Part shown: in pieces, positions 13,014 through 24,212 of the stretch
How the letters are laid out: every line of letters begins with the position of its first letter
Numbering within the stretch: position 1 is the first letter of the stretch
Assembly: GCA_032718475.1 (NCBI GenBank)
Contig: JAUCBJ010006617.1
Span: forward strand, 1 to 64,000
Source of the DNA: Nemertoderma westbladi
Lineage: Eukaryota > Animalia > Xenacoelomorpha
Length of the DNA: 64,000 bases
Direction of reading: 5' to 3'
Position numbers and translations under genes: made by a program
The notes under the pieces: model-generated
What the model was told of the DNA's origin: nothing
What the model saw: the letters and a program-made list of their open reading frames with translations, nothing else
Database searches by the model: none

Positions 13014-14724
13014 TCTAGTCTGGCTTTAGCCCACTTTGAAAAGCTCCTCAATAATGACAGGGTATTGCCTGATAACTTTATAGAAGTAAAAGTGTCTGAG
13101 TCTGTCTGTACTCCCAGATATTCCCATTGGCGATATCTCCTTTGCAGAAGTGAAGGCTGCTGCAAAGAGCATTAAGACCAATTGTACCAGTGGAGTAGAT
13201 GGTGTTCCCCCTGAGGTCTTTAAAATACCTGAGTGTTTAAAGCTCATCTATCCCATCATAGTAGACATGTACCGAACAACAAGAGTCCCACAAGAAATGA
13301 AAACAAATAAGTTGGTGCCAGTTCCCAAGAAGGGCAACCTAACACTCTATGGTTCTTTTCGGGGAATCTCATTGATCTCGATTGCTGCAAAGCTATACAA
13401 TAGGATTCTATTAAATCGCATCAGGGATCCCATTGAGAGACTGCTCCGTGGAAATCAGAATGGGTTCCGTAAAGGTCGTGGGACCATGGAGCCCATTTTG
13501 GCCTTACTTAGAAGGATAATTGAAGAGTTATCAAAAAAGAAAGACAGGCATCTGGCTGTTATCTTTGTTGACTTCTTCAAGGCCTTTGATTCAGTCTCTC
13601 GCTCACGTATGTTCGGTATACTTTCATTATATGGGATTCCTGATGAAATTATTGCAGCAATCAGATCAGTATACGATGGTTCGACAACATTTGTGTCTAC
13701 TGTTGATGGTGACACAGAACCATTTGAAGTGTTATGGGGCGTCCTCCGAGGAGACACACTTGCACCATTCTTGTTCATTATTTTGGTTGACTATGTTCTA
13801 CGCATGTCCTTAGATCATCATAATGATGATTGGGTGATGATAACTCCACCTACTGGCTCCAGAAGTCGAGGAAATCCTGCGAAGTACCTAACTGATCTAG
13901 ACTTTGCTGATGACTTAGGAGTACTCTCAGAATCACTAGAGAGAGCCCAACGGCTCCTCAGCTCATTAGAACATGCTGCTTCTAGTGTTGGTCTTTTTAT
14001 TAACTATTTAAGACCCAAATTTTGACAGTTAACTTTGAAAGTCCTCAGCAAGTCTCTGATCGGATGAGCATAAGCTCAAAGGATGGTATGCTTGAGCATG
14101 TGGACGACTTCTGTTACCTGGGATCATGGATCCGGAAGTCAGGTGAGGACCTTCGAATACGTAAGGGAAAGGCATGGGCAGCCTTGAATAGGCTTTCCAG
14201 GATTTGGAAGTCACCGAGAATTAATCGGAAACTTAAGGTCCGATTATTTAGAGCAGCAGTAGTTCCAGTACTCCTCTACGGGAGTCCATGCTGGGCTCTA
14301 ACTGCTGAGGACACCAAATCTCTGGATGGCACATTCACAAGAATGCTACGCCGGGTTCATTGTGTCAAGTACAATGCACACATCTCCAACGAGACACTAT
14401 ATAACATTGGAGGTGTCTCATTGGTTCCCCCAAGCTTGACACTAGAACAAAATCGCCTCCGCTTTGCAGGACATTGCTTTCGCCGTGAGGACCAGCCAGT
14501 GCATAATCTTGTACTTTGGCAGCCTCATGGAGTGAATAAGCATGGTGGACAGCCCATGACTTTCTTGAGACGCATCTTAAAGGACACTGGCCTTGAAGAT
14601 GCGGATGATCTAGCAAATGTCATGGGTGATAGGGAGTTGTGGCGGTGCAATTTTGTTGACAAGCCGGCACAGCATTCTTAAAAATGCAGCTGCAATGCAG
14701 CATGCCGATCCTAGTAGTAGTAGT
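13014..14724 (+). mobile_element. 5'-truncated RTE-clade non-LTR retrotransposon (family 1, copy 1), RT pseudogene, in a USP9X intron
   Basis: RT motifs PKKG, RGISL, NQNGFR, FVDFFKAFDSV, GVLRGDTLAPFLF, LDFADD and YLGS. Frameshift at ~14010 and a (TAG)n 3' tail. 23-bp TSD GCAGG[G/T]GATTCTATTCTGGCTAT at 12991-13013 and 14725-14747. Confidence 0.93.
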
Positions 14725-14933
14725 GCAGGTGATTCTATTCTGGCTATCTAATCACTACGTTGATTTCTGTTGTTTATATGTCTGTATGTCTGTCAGTAAG
14801 TAACTATGTATGTCCGTTACACCGTGTTATTAAAATAAAACAATCAGGAAGTTTTTTTACTTATATTCTCTCTCCCAAACACTAAATGCTATCACACATC
14901 CAATAAATTCCTAGTACCCTATAAACTTTCGCG

Positions 14934-15154
14934 CCCATGTGAAGAATGCCAGGATTTCACTTTTCGGTCGACTTTTTATTGGAAATTTATATATGAAGAT
15001 TTTTTATTTTTTTTAATTTATCTTTATTAAGTGTTTTATAGCGCTTATTTCTGTCTTATAACCTGTACATATACTAATTCGTTTATTGTTTTGGTTAGAT
15101 TCAGCCCTTCTGCAACCTGTGTTTTTGGTGAAAACCTGGTATTCTTCACATGGG
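14934..15154. repeat. 27-bp inverted repeat pair, probably a MITE/DNA-transposon remnant
   Basis: CCCATGTGAAGAATGCCAGGATTTCAC (14934-14960) is the reverse complement of 15128-15154 with 2 mismatches. A third partial copy lies at ~15194. Confidence 0.55.
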
Positions 15155-15219
15155 GGTAACTGCAAAGTGAAATATAACGGCAGAAAGTATTGTATTCTTC
15201 ACATGGGCCAACTTTCGGG

Positions 15220-15909
15220 ACACAGGTACTCTCACCAGATGGTGAAACTGAGTTTTTCTCAATCCTGGCTGGCGTACTGCAAGGTGACACATTAGCACCA
15301 TTACTATTTGTAATTGTGCTGGATTACGCAATGAGGACGGCCACAAAGGGTGAAGATCTGGGATTCACACTTCAAGAACGCAGAAGTAGTAGATATCCGG
15401 CAACTACAGTCACAGACACCGACTTTGCGGATGACATCGCCCTGCTCTCTAATACGCTAGCAGATGCACAGCTTCTACTAAATAAAGTGGAGAGGGCTGC
15501 TAAGGAGGTTGGATTGCATATAAATGCTACCAAAGACCGAATTCATGACCTTTAATGTTGATGGAAACTTGACAACCATTGATAATAATCAACTAAGGAA
15601 GGTCGATGACTTCCAGTACCTTGGATCATGGATAGAGAGTAGCAAAAAGGACATAGAAGTTAGGAAAGCAAAGGCTTGGGTAGCTCTATCAAAAATGGAT
15701 ACCATCTGGAAATCAGATCTCTCCAGGCACCTGAAGACTAAGTTCTTTCGAGCCACAGTGGAAAGTGTATTTTTATACGGCGGTGAGACCTGGACACTGA
15801 CTAAATCACTTGAACAACGAATTGATGGTTGCTACACAAGACTACTAAACCAAGGGCAGCCCTAAACAATTTTCCTTTACAATGTCCGAGTTCGCTTGAC
15901 CTAGTAGTA
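15220..15909 (+). mobile_element. RTE-clade RT fragment (family 2), frameshifted and internally deleted
   Basis: VLSPDGETEFF..GVLQGDTLAPLLF..DTDFADD..FQYLGSWI..FRATVESVFLYGGETW..DGCYTRLL. The putative terminus GTC CGA GTT CGC TYG ACC TAG TAG TA begins at 15884. Confidence 0.88.
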
Positions 15910-16175
15910 TTTGGAGAATCTGGAAGCCTGGAAGGATCTCATTTCCACTGTCCGAGTTCGCTCGACCTAGTAGTAGTTGGAGAATCAGGAAGCCTGGAAG
16001 GATCTCATTTCCATTGTCCGAGTTCGCTCGACCTAGTAGTAGTTGGAGAATCGGGAAGCCTGGAAGGATCTCATTTCCACTGTCCGAGTTCGCTCGACCT
16101 AGTAGTAGTTGGAGAATCGGGAAGCCTGGAAGGATCTCATTTCCACTGTCCGAGTTCGCTCGACCTAATAGTAAT
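15883..16175. repeat. 66-bp tandem repeat, 4 full copies plus 1 partial
   Basis: Units start at 15883, 15949, 16015, 16081 and 16147. Confidence 0.95.
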
Positions 16176-16366
16176 CGTATTATTCCCATGGGAATATCCC
16201 CGGTTTCAAGTTTATAAAGTGTGCTATATCGTAATGGTAATGATGTTTTGTACAGGTAAAATAATTTTAAAAATTAATTCAATAACATACCGTTGCAACA
16301 ACTTCAATCTTAAATTTGTGGTTGTATATAATATCTTAATAAATTTAAAAACAATTTCACAATTCT

Positions 16367-16575
16367 CAGGACATTTTTTTAGCCGTGAGGACCAGCCAGT
16401 GCATAATCTTGTGCTTTGGCAGCCTCATGGAGTGAATAAGCATGGTGGACAGCCCATGACTTTCTTGAGACGCATCTTAAAGGACACTGGCCTTGAAGAT
16501 GCAGATGATCTAGCAAATGTCATGGGGGAGTTGTGGCGGTGCGACTTTGTTTATTGGACGGCATAGCATTCTTAA
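16367..16575 (+). mobile_element. RTE family 1, short 3'-end fragment (copy 3)
   Basis: Near-identical to 14466-14681 (REDQPVHNLVLWQPHGVNKHGGQPMTFLRRILKDTGLEDADDL). Confidence 0.9.
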
Positions 16576-16770
16576 TGCACGCTTCATTGGGCTTGCCAAT
16601 TGTGGATTGCATGGAGGTGGCAAAATGGTTTTATTAAGCCGGCATAGCATCTCAATGTGCAGTTTTAATGCAGCAGGCCTATTATAGTAATTGTTACTAT
16701 TAATTAATTACTGACGTTATCAGTAAGGTAAGTAAGACAAATGGCAACCTATTGATATTATCTCTTCCAG

Positions 16771-16954
16771 GGAGTACGTCTCTCAGTACGACCAGGGATA
16801 CACTGACGAACGAATTCACGTCCCTCTCGGCCGGGCCTGTAAGGGGAAACATCTGATGTTGGTAATCCGATTGGTTGTCCCGACCAGATCCGGTGCAGAA
16901 GATTTCGATTTGTGGTGCCACACCAACGAGACTTTGGGACATCTTAGGAGACAG
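16771..16954 (+). CDS. USP9X: USP9X/FAF-like, internal exon B
   Basis: Acceptor tctcttccAG and donor CAG|GTAAGG. The 184-nt exon is phase-compatible with exons A and C. It encodes (R)EYVSQYDQGYTDERIHVPLGRACKGKHLMLVIR...DFDLWCHTNETLGHLRRQ, matching USP9X REYINECD..EERTILPMSRAFRGKH..WSHTNDTIGSVRR. Confidence 0.93.
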
Positions 16955-18042
16955 GTAAGGGTAAATGTTACTGTCGAATTTAATTGGGATTTGAATTCTG
17001 CAAGCAGTTTTCTCATATCTTTTCACAATCTCAAGTTAATAGCCAAAACGTAAGAGCTAGTCTGATTTTTGACAAGCCTTCGAGCAGCACGATATTTTAC
17101 AATTTTATAACGCCCTTTTCATCAAAAAGGCTCTCATGGTACAGACATGAATAAAATTGCTAAATAGTTGTTTTATTAGTTATATTTTTAGCAAGGATGA
17201 ATAATATCGTTTAATTTCATTCATTTTGACAAAGTCATTGTTGAACAAAGAAAAATGGTATTATCTAAAATAGCGGGAAGGTTTAAATTGTTCCTTAAAC
17301 TTTAAACACCTTTATGACATTTACGATTTATGACTTCATGACAGAATGACATTTTTTCATTAAGAAAAGCTATTTCTCCAATAATTTTATCTGAAATGAG
17401 TTGAAATTCGATACACTTGTTGAGAATAGCTTTATCCATAATTCTTTTGAACAAATTTGGCTGAAAATGCTCTGCAGCCTTTTTGAATCAAAAAGGCCCA
17501 AAAATAGCCCTTATGGCCTTTTTATTCCAAAACGGCCCCAATCCATTTTCATTATTCACCCCCGTCGATGTTTAGTAGCACATAAAATAATTTCCACCAA
17601 ATTTTAGGGTCCAGAGACCCCGAAATGTGGGTCCCCCCCCCCCCCTTCAACCAAACCAAATGGCTGAAAAAGGGGTGATTTTTAATTAAGTTTTGTATTG
17701 CCAAAATTTATACATCACTTTGTTGAGCTTATTATTTTATTGTTATTATTATTATTTTATTGATTAAAAATTGTACTATTTATCATTCTAATTATGTATT
17801 AAAATAATAATAATTTATTAAAAAAACTGTATAAATCACATTTAATGGAATTATTTCTTTATGAATTTTAACTTAAAATTCTAAAAAAATTTCCGATTTG
17901 ATACGATACGGTTTGATAGAGTAATTTTCCGTCTAAATAACTAGCTGGGGATGTTAATCCATACCAGATACCTGACCTACTACCACAACTAGCATAATGT
18001 TTGAAAATGTTAATAATGATGACCATAATATTATCATTATAG

Positions 18043-21000
18043 GTGCTTTCTCGTGTAAAGATAACCAGCGCTGCTACAAAGTTGGAATTATCAGTTAATA
18101 ATGACATTCTAGAACCGGGTCTGGATCGAAGACTGGTCGGGGAGATTGGCCTTCGAGACAAGATGGTAGTCCATGCCAAACTGTATAGCAAAGTAGTGAG
18201 TTCTTCAGACAGCTCCAGTGATAGCAGTGTTGGGTGTTCCCCTGAAGGTATCAGCAATGCCGCTGCAGAGGACTGCCTACCGGGGGTCATTATGGCGAAA
18301 CATCCATCCCAGATACACTTCATCCACCAACTCTTTGATTTGGCTTGTCTCCAAAAACTCTGTGATCTCCGTGACTCATGCCAGCACTTACTGAAACTCC
18401 TCCCCCCTGGCCAACAGACAGTAGACATGATCAGGTCAGTTTGTCTGGATCTTTCAGCCTGTAAAGTTCCTGAAAGTAAGAGAACTCTCCCGAGTCTAGA
18501 ATCGTTATTCTTCGATCCCTCTATTAGTAAAACTCTGTATCTTCTGGAAGTAGTCTACTCTCTCCTAATGCCTGCTGTAACAACTTACACATGCGATCCA
18601 GTTGAATTCCAGAAGAATTTCATCAAAAGTGGGGGAATTCCGCTAATGTTAAAAATTCTAGCAACAAATAAGTCTGAATTTCTTTCCAAAGGGGACCACA
18701 CTTGTTTGCGGGCTGGGTTCCATCAACTCGTTAAAATAGCCAAGTTTTTCCTTACTGTTGTTGCCTCTGCATTCTGTCAACATCAGCTAAAGGTTTGTCG
18801 AGAAGATGAGACTGCAATGTCACATGCTACAATGTTACAACAAGCATTACATCACATTCCCAACCCAAATACAGAGTGTATGCTCCGACAGGTTGCTGGT
18901 AGACTTGCAGCCCTCCCGATGCCAGATACAATACGCCATCTTCCGGATGCAGCTGTTATCCGTGGAATTGTCCGGATTATCTGGTGTGCGGCCATTGCTG
19001 ATTTCTCCTACCTCGGATCGACGTTGGAGGAACTCCACAGCATCTTCGGTTCGGTTTCATCTGACCCTGAACGGGCCGAAGACCTTGATTCTGTGGTTGT
19101 TTGTCGGGAATCATTAGAACTTCTCACTATATCACTAACAATCTGCCCCTCTGCTGTAGACCTTCTTATGAAGGATCGATTATGGCAACTTTTTATCATT
19201 GATGTACTGCTGGTAGCCAATATTCGAGTTATTCGCCAATCAGCCGCAGAGCAATTCCTTCTAATTGGTTCCAAATGTTCTATAACTCACCGCGTCTTAT
19301 TGTTCTTCATCACTCTCCTTTTCACACAACTGAACTCGAAGGTTCGAGAATTTCCCTACAACTCTGCCGAATATTTCTCCCTTCTCTGTCGTCTTCTCAG
19401 TATGGCTTGTAATGTAAACATAGCCATCGTAAATGCGGAGTCGCATCTCTCATCAGAAATAGCGTGGCTGAAGTTAGTCCAGTCTGGCTTTGAAGATGCG
19501 GGTAACACACAAGAGTGTCCTGAAGAGTTATTAGAGGGCCATTTAGGGGTAACCAGAGAACTCCTAAATTTTATGCCTCCAGATAAGAAATATATAGTTG
19601 GATCAGATGAGAATGGGCATAAACTAATTGCAACATTGTTTGATTTCTTTATATTTCCCGCATCCCGACTAGTTTTGAAGGAGAGGAATATTGATCCAAA
19701 ATCGAGGAATTCCTCTGATTGGAACATTGTCACCAATGCATCACCTATATGTCAATCACAAGGGTCTCTTAGCGCCGCTTTCGATTTACTCATCGCTCTC
19801 TCTCATAACTGCCTGCCGAATCTTCAACTTATTGCAGATAATCTGGTAGAGATGTATTATAAGGACCCTTCCCAAAGTCTCTGTGAGTGGGAGTACACAC
19901 CCCCAGTGGGACCCCGCCCGGGTAGAGGGTTTGTCGGCTTAAAGAATGCTGGGGCCACATGTTACATGAACTCAGTTATTCAGCAACTGTTTATGATTGA
20001 ACCGCTTAGGAAAGGAACCTTGTCAGCTCAAGGGGCTATGACATCCTATGAAGATGATTCCGTTAATGATGACTACAAATTTCCCACCAATCCGGTAGAA
20101 GTAGTAGTTGATGAGATTCCACCACAAGCTGAAACTACAAACCTCAGCCGGGCTGATTACAACATGGGGATTCTAAAACATATTCAAGCTATATTCGGCC
20201 ATCTTATTGCCTCTAAGTTGCAGTATTATGTACCGTCCGGATTTTGGAAACATTTCAAATTCTTTGGAGAACCAGTTAATTTGAGGGAGCAACATGATGC
20301 TTTGGAATTCTTTAACAGCCTTGTTGATTCTGTTGATGAAGCTCTTAAGAGTTTGGATTGCGAACCATATTGTAGTAAATATTTAGGTGGAACTTTCGCT
20401 GATCAAAAAATTTGTAAGGATTGCCCACATAGATATTCTAGGGAAGAAAGTTTTACTTCACTAAATGTTGATATCCGAAACCATCAGAATCTAGTGGATT
20501 CATTAGAGCAATATGTTAAGGGTGATCTGTTGGAAGGAGCAAATGCTTATTACTGTGAGAAGTGTGCACGTAAAGTTGACACAGTAAAGCGACTTTGTAT
20601 AAAGAAATTACCAAAAGTGTTAGCGATCCAGCTGAAACGTTTTGATTATGATTGGGAACGAGAAACAGCAGTTAAATTTAATGATTATTTTGAGTTCCCA
20701 AGGGAGTTTGATGTGGCCCCTTATACGGTGCGCGGATTGGCCCAGATGGAGGGGGACTTGGATGCCGATGTGAGCACAGAGGGAGATGACGATGATACCT
20801 CTACTTTATATAGACTTGTAGGTATCCTGGTGCACTCAGGACAGGCCACTGGTGGACATTACTACTCTTACATACTGGATCGTGATAAAGGCAGCTCCAG
20901 ACTAGGCAAATGGTACAAGTTTGATGATGGTGATGTGACAGAGTGTCGCATGGACTGTGATGAAGAAATGAAGAACCAGTGTTTTGGTGGGGATTATATG

Positions 21001-22920
21001 GGTGAGGTATTTGATCAGATGATGAAACGGATGTCATTGAGACGACAAAAACGATGGTGGAATGCTTATATATTGTTTTTCGAACGAATTATTGGTGACG
21101 GTTTTGGATCATCTTGTGACATCACACAATCCATGCAGGATCTTAGTGTTGATACTTTAGAGCAAACAATGCCACCCCCTATAGAATATATTGTACAGAA
21201 ACAGAACATAATGTTTATGCATAATCGTATGCAATACCAGCCGGAGTATTTCCAGTTTATGAAGAAGTTTCTAACAATTAACAATGTTTACTTTCAGCAG
21301 CCTCAGAATCCAGAGCATGAGGCGATGGCACTGACAACCACGTTATTGGCTTCACGGTTCCTCTTCATGACTGCCTTCCATGCCAAGAAGACACTGAGAG
21401 GTTCTGCTAATGAATGGTTTGATGTTCTATCATTTGTTCTCCGAGCGGGTAAATCAATACGATCTTGGTTTGCTGTCAATGTACTTTTCGCCTATCCCCA
21501 ACGTTTTGCTGACTATCTTTTAGCCTGTCCTAGCAATGAAGTCCGCCATGCATTCAGTAAGATACTTGTCTTCCTCTGTCACTTCTCATTATCTGATGGT
21601 CCTGTAGAATTTTCTCCGTATCCAGAAGGTACTCCTGATCCCAGACCACCTGAGGTTTCGTGGACTCTCACCGACTATATACTAGATGCTTGCCTTGCAC
21701 TACTCAAGAAGGAAGTCTCTGAATACGGGCGCCATCTTAGTCAGTACTTTAATATGTTCCAGATGTTTGCGAACCTTGGTTCAGCAGAACGGAACCAACT
21801 CATCCATCTTGATATCGCACGAACCTTCATGTTGGTAGCGGTGGATGAAGGGCCAGGACCACCAATAAAGTACCAGTACGCAGAGCTGAATAAACTCTAC
21901 GCAGTTGTATCCAACCTCATCCGCTGTTGTGATGTTGAATCAAAATGCCAAAATTCCCAACCGGGTGTGCCAACTCTCCCTAACCCATACAGTGAGGCAG
22001 CAGGTACTTCAACTAATATTGCGGCCGCCTCTCCACACTTGGCAACTCATGTTTTATCCCCAGGAGCATCAGAAATCATCTACAATAGGAGCAGTTATTT
22101 GAAAAAAGTTATTGAAGATGCATCACAAGCGGAGGACACAGTAAAACTTCTTAGCTTTTGTTCTTGGGAGAACCCCCAGTTCTCATCATCTGTTCTAAAC
22201 GAACTCCTCTGGCAGGTTTCCTACTCCTATACGTATGAGCTCCGTCCATATCTGGATCTGCTACTACAGATGTTATTGCTGGCGGATTCGTGGCAAAGTC
22301 ATCGGATCCTCAACACATTGAAAGGGATTCCAGACGATAGAGATGGACTGTTTGACACAATCCAACGCGCCAAGAACCACTACCAGAAGCGAGCCTACCA
22401 GTGCATCAAATTAATGGTTAATCTGTTCTCCTCATGTCCAAATGCTTTACAGATGCTACACGGCAATGGTGATTTAAAACGTAAATGGAGTTGCGCTATT
22501 GAATGGTTAGGAGACGAACTGGATCGGCGGCCGTATGGCGGCACACAGTACAGCAGCTGGTCGCCTCCAGTTGCCCAGAGCAACGAGACCTCTAATGGTT
22601 ACTTTCTGGAACGCTCTCAATCGGCCAAGTTTACGTTCCAGAAAGCCTGCGAGTTGTGCCCAGCCGAGGATCCTGTGGAAGTCCATAGTGAGGATGGCTC
22701 CGAGGTGGTGGCAAGGGATGTCAGAGATGTCAGCCCTGATCGAGTCTGTCACACAGAGGTCGATGAGGTTGTCGGACTCGATATACCTAGTTCTCCGCCC
22801 TCGCTACTCGCTTCCGCCACCCGCGAACAATCACCATCACCAACCTCGGAAACTAAACTCAATACAAACTACAAACTGAATAGTATGGATATGGACCTGG
22901 ATAGAATCGCCAGGTCTTAG
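18043..22920 (+). CDS. USP9X: USP9X/FAF-like deubiquitinase, 4878-nt terminal coding exon (ubiquitin-like region, USP catalytic domain, C-terminus)
   Basis: Acceptor ttatAG|GTG, so the ORF-track start is not a real start. Cys box GLKNAGATCYMNSVIQQLF, QHDALEFF, zinc ligands CKDC/CEKC, His box HSGQATGGHYYSYI and WYKFDD. USP9-type C-terminal motifs ELRPYLDLL, DSWQSHRI and SNETSNGYFLERS. AATAAA at 23175 is a candidate polyA signal. Confidence 0.96.
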   Translation: MLSRVKITSAATKLELSVNNDILEPGLDRRLVGEIGLRDKMVVHAKLYSKVVSSSDSSSDSSVGCSPEGISNAAAEDCLPGVIMAKHPSQIHFIHQLFDLACLQKLCDLRDSCQHLLKLLPPGQQTVDMIRSVCLDLSACKVPESKRTLPSLESLFFDPSISKTLYLLEVVYSLLMPAVTTYTCDPVEFQKNFIKSGGIPLMLKILATNKSEFLSKGDHTCLRAGFHQLVKIAKFFLTVVASAFCQHQLKVCREDETAMSHATMLQQALHHIPNPNTECMLRQVAGRLAALPMPDTIRHLPDAAVIRGIVRIIWCAAIADFSYLGSTLEELHSIFGSVSSDPERAEDLDSVVVCRESLELLTISLTICPSAVDLLMKDRLWQLFIIDVLLVANIRVIRQSAAEQFLLIGSKCSITHRVLLFFITLLFTQLNSKVREFPYNSAEYFSLLCRLLSMACNVNIAIVNAESHLSSEIAWLKLVQSGFEDAGNTQECPEELLEGHLGVTRELLNFMPPDKKYIVGSDENGHKLIATLFDFFIFPASRLVLKERNIDPKSRNSSDWNIVTNASPICQSQGSLSAAFDLLIALSHNCLPNLQLIADNLVEMYYKDPSQSLCEWEYTPPVGPRPGRGFVGLKNAGATCYMNSVIQQLFMIEPLRKGTLSAQGAMTSYEDDSVNDDYKFPTNPVEVVVDEIPPQAETTNLSRADYNMGILKHIQAIFGHLIASKLQYYVPSGFWKHFKFFGEPVNLREQHDALEFFNSLVDSVDEALKSLDCEPYCSKYLGGTFADQKICKDCPHRYSREESFTSLNVDIRNHQNLVDSLEQYVKGDLLEGANAYYCEKCARKVDTVKRLCIKKLPKVLAIQLKRFDYDWERETAVKFNDYFEFPREFDVAPYTVRGLAQMEGDLDADVSTEGDDDDTSTLYRLVGILVHSGQATGGHYYSYILDRDKGSSRLGKWYKFDDGDVTECRMDCDEEMKNQCFGGDYMGEVFDQMMKRMSLRRQKRWWNAYILFFERIIGDGFGSSCDITQSMQDLSVDTLEQTMPPPIEYIVQKQNIMFMHNRMQYQPEYFQFMKKFLTINNVYFQQPQNPEHEAMALTTTLLASRFLFMTAFHAKKTLRGSANEWFDVLSFVLRAGKSIRSWFAVNVLFAYPQRFADYLLACPSNEVRHAFSKILVFLCHFSLSDGPVEFSPYPEGTPDPRPPEVSWTLTDYILDACLALLKKEVSEYGRHLSQYFNMFQMFANLGSAERNQLIHLDIARTFMLVAVDEGPGPPIKYQYAELNKLYAVVSNLIRCCDVESKCQNSQPGVPTLPNPYSEAAGTSTNIAAASPHLATHVLSPGASEIIYNRSSYLKKVIEDASQAEDTVKLLSFCSWENPQFSSSVLNELLWQVSYSYTYELRPYLDLLLQMLLLADSWQSHRILNTLKGIPDDRDGLFDTIQRAKNHYQKRAYQCIKLMVNLFSSCPNALQMLHGNGDLKRKWSCAIEWLGDELDRRPYGGTQYSSWSPPVAQSNETSNGYFLERSQSAKFTFQKACELCPAEDPVEVHSEDGSEVVARDVRDVSPDRVCHTEVDEVVGLDIPSSPPSLLASATREQSPSPTSETKLNTNYKLNSMDMDLDRIARS

Positions 22921-23724
22921 TAAAGACCACCACACCATGACTATAAGTTATTAGCTGAAGCACATCTGGTTTATTAATTGTAACAATTTAATTAACAATA
23001 TAAAGTTTATTTCATTGTGCTTCTTATTGTTATACCATAACTATAAATAGTTATTTATATATCCTTAGTGTTAATTGAATCAATATTAGCAGTCTCGGTA
23101 TAATATTAGAAACTCTTTCCTTATTTTACATCTGTTTCTATGTTTCCTCCAGATATTACCTGTTATTTTTACGCAATAAAATAAAAACGAAACGAAATGA
23201 AACAAAGCGAAGCGAAGCATGTTAGGCACTACAAATACGATACAACAAAATGTAAATTAAATGAAAATATATATTCAATAACTAAATGAAACCAAAAAAA
23301 AAACAATAGGATTGGTGCAGGAAAAAATTGTTGGGCCAGAAACAATTGAATAATGGGTAACAAGGTGCCCTGAATCGAATTGTGGGGTGTGTCTTTGTAA
23401 AAACACGTGGGAAAGGTCGAAATGGCGGGTTTAAGTGAGCGCGGGAAGTCAATTTTAAAAATCGGCTGTGATTGGCTGCTATAGAAAAAAAAAATTTTAT
23501 TACTATAATATATTTTGTTACAATTATTGTCAAAAAATAGGGTAATATGTATATAATTTTAATGACGTTATATATAGTTAATAATACTAAACAAAAAATG
23601 GCATAAGAACACAAACAACAACAATATAGATGTCCAACATTGTTTCTCATAATCTAAATTAAATTAAACTTAGTGCATAAGTTCTAAAGAGTATTATTCA
23701 TACTTTGAATAGACATTAAACATT

Positions 23725-23871
23725 CACCGCCTTATTGTGGCCAAGGTAAGAAGAGCTAGCAGAACAATGAAATCTGCCTGGCATGACTGGTCCTCTCTGT
23801 TGCAACAGCCAAGTGTGATATCCAGCTTCACACTACAGCTGAGCAACAGGTATGAGGTTCTTGCTGATGGA
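23725..23871 (+). mobile_element. RTE-like fragment (end of APE endonuclease plus linker)
   Basis: Manual translation HRLIVAKVR...DWSSLLQQPSVISSFTLQLSNRYEVLADG resembles the (SD)HRxVxAKV...LxNRFxxL segment of RTE ORFs. Confidence 0.6.
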
Positions 23872-24006
23872 TTATTTCACTGTTAGGTAGCAATTTGTAG
23901 TATAACGTAAAAACTTTCTAAAAACCGACGTATTTTGACTTAATTGTAGTAATGTAATATGCCTATTCCTATTAGTCCATGTTAGTTCATCGGTGACTCT
24001 ATTTTG

Positions 24007-24076
24007 CGCAGTGGTCAGATGGGTTAAGGCGTTGGTTTCATTGTAGGTAGCTTACGGGTTCGAATCCCAGTCGGGA
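24007..24076 (+). ncRNA. tRNA-like Pol III cassette (SINE head or tRNA pseudogene)
   Basis: A-box-like TGGTCAGATGG(GTTAAGGCG) and B-box GGGTTCGAATCCC at tRNA spacing. No convincing acceptor stem. Confidence 0.55.
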
Positions 24077-24212
24077 ATTTGCATTTTTGGGCTATTAATT
24101 TTCCATTTGATTAAAATAGATAGGCCAATGAGGTGCGTACAACATGTGGAATGATGAGTTGGGCCAATCATAGGGCATCGAACATCTTATTGCTCCAATG
24201 TGAGGCCATGGA

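Noticed and set aside
15829-16566. 245-aa ORF with CPSSLDLVVVGESGSLEGSHFH repeats
   Set aside because: A chance fusion of the 66-bp repeat, AT-rich DNA and an RTE fragment.
17030-17990. AT-rich intronic block with poly-C (similar in texture to 45430-46120 and 23280-23700) as a DNA transposon
   Set aside because: No TIRs, TSDs or transposase could be identified by eye.
17868-22879. Short antisense and alternate-frame ORFs over USP9X (likewise over the TE pol genes)
   Set aside because: Shadow ORFs with no recognisable motifs.
24007-24076. Functional tRNA gene
   Set aside because: Acceptor and anticodon stems do not pair convincingly; kept only as a tRNA-like cassette.
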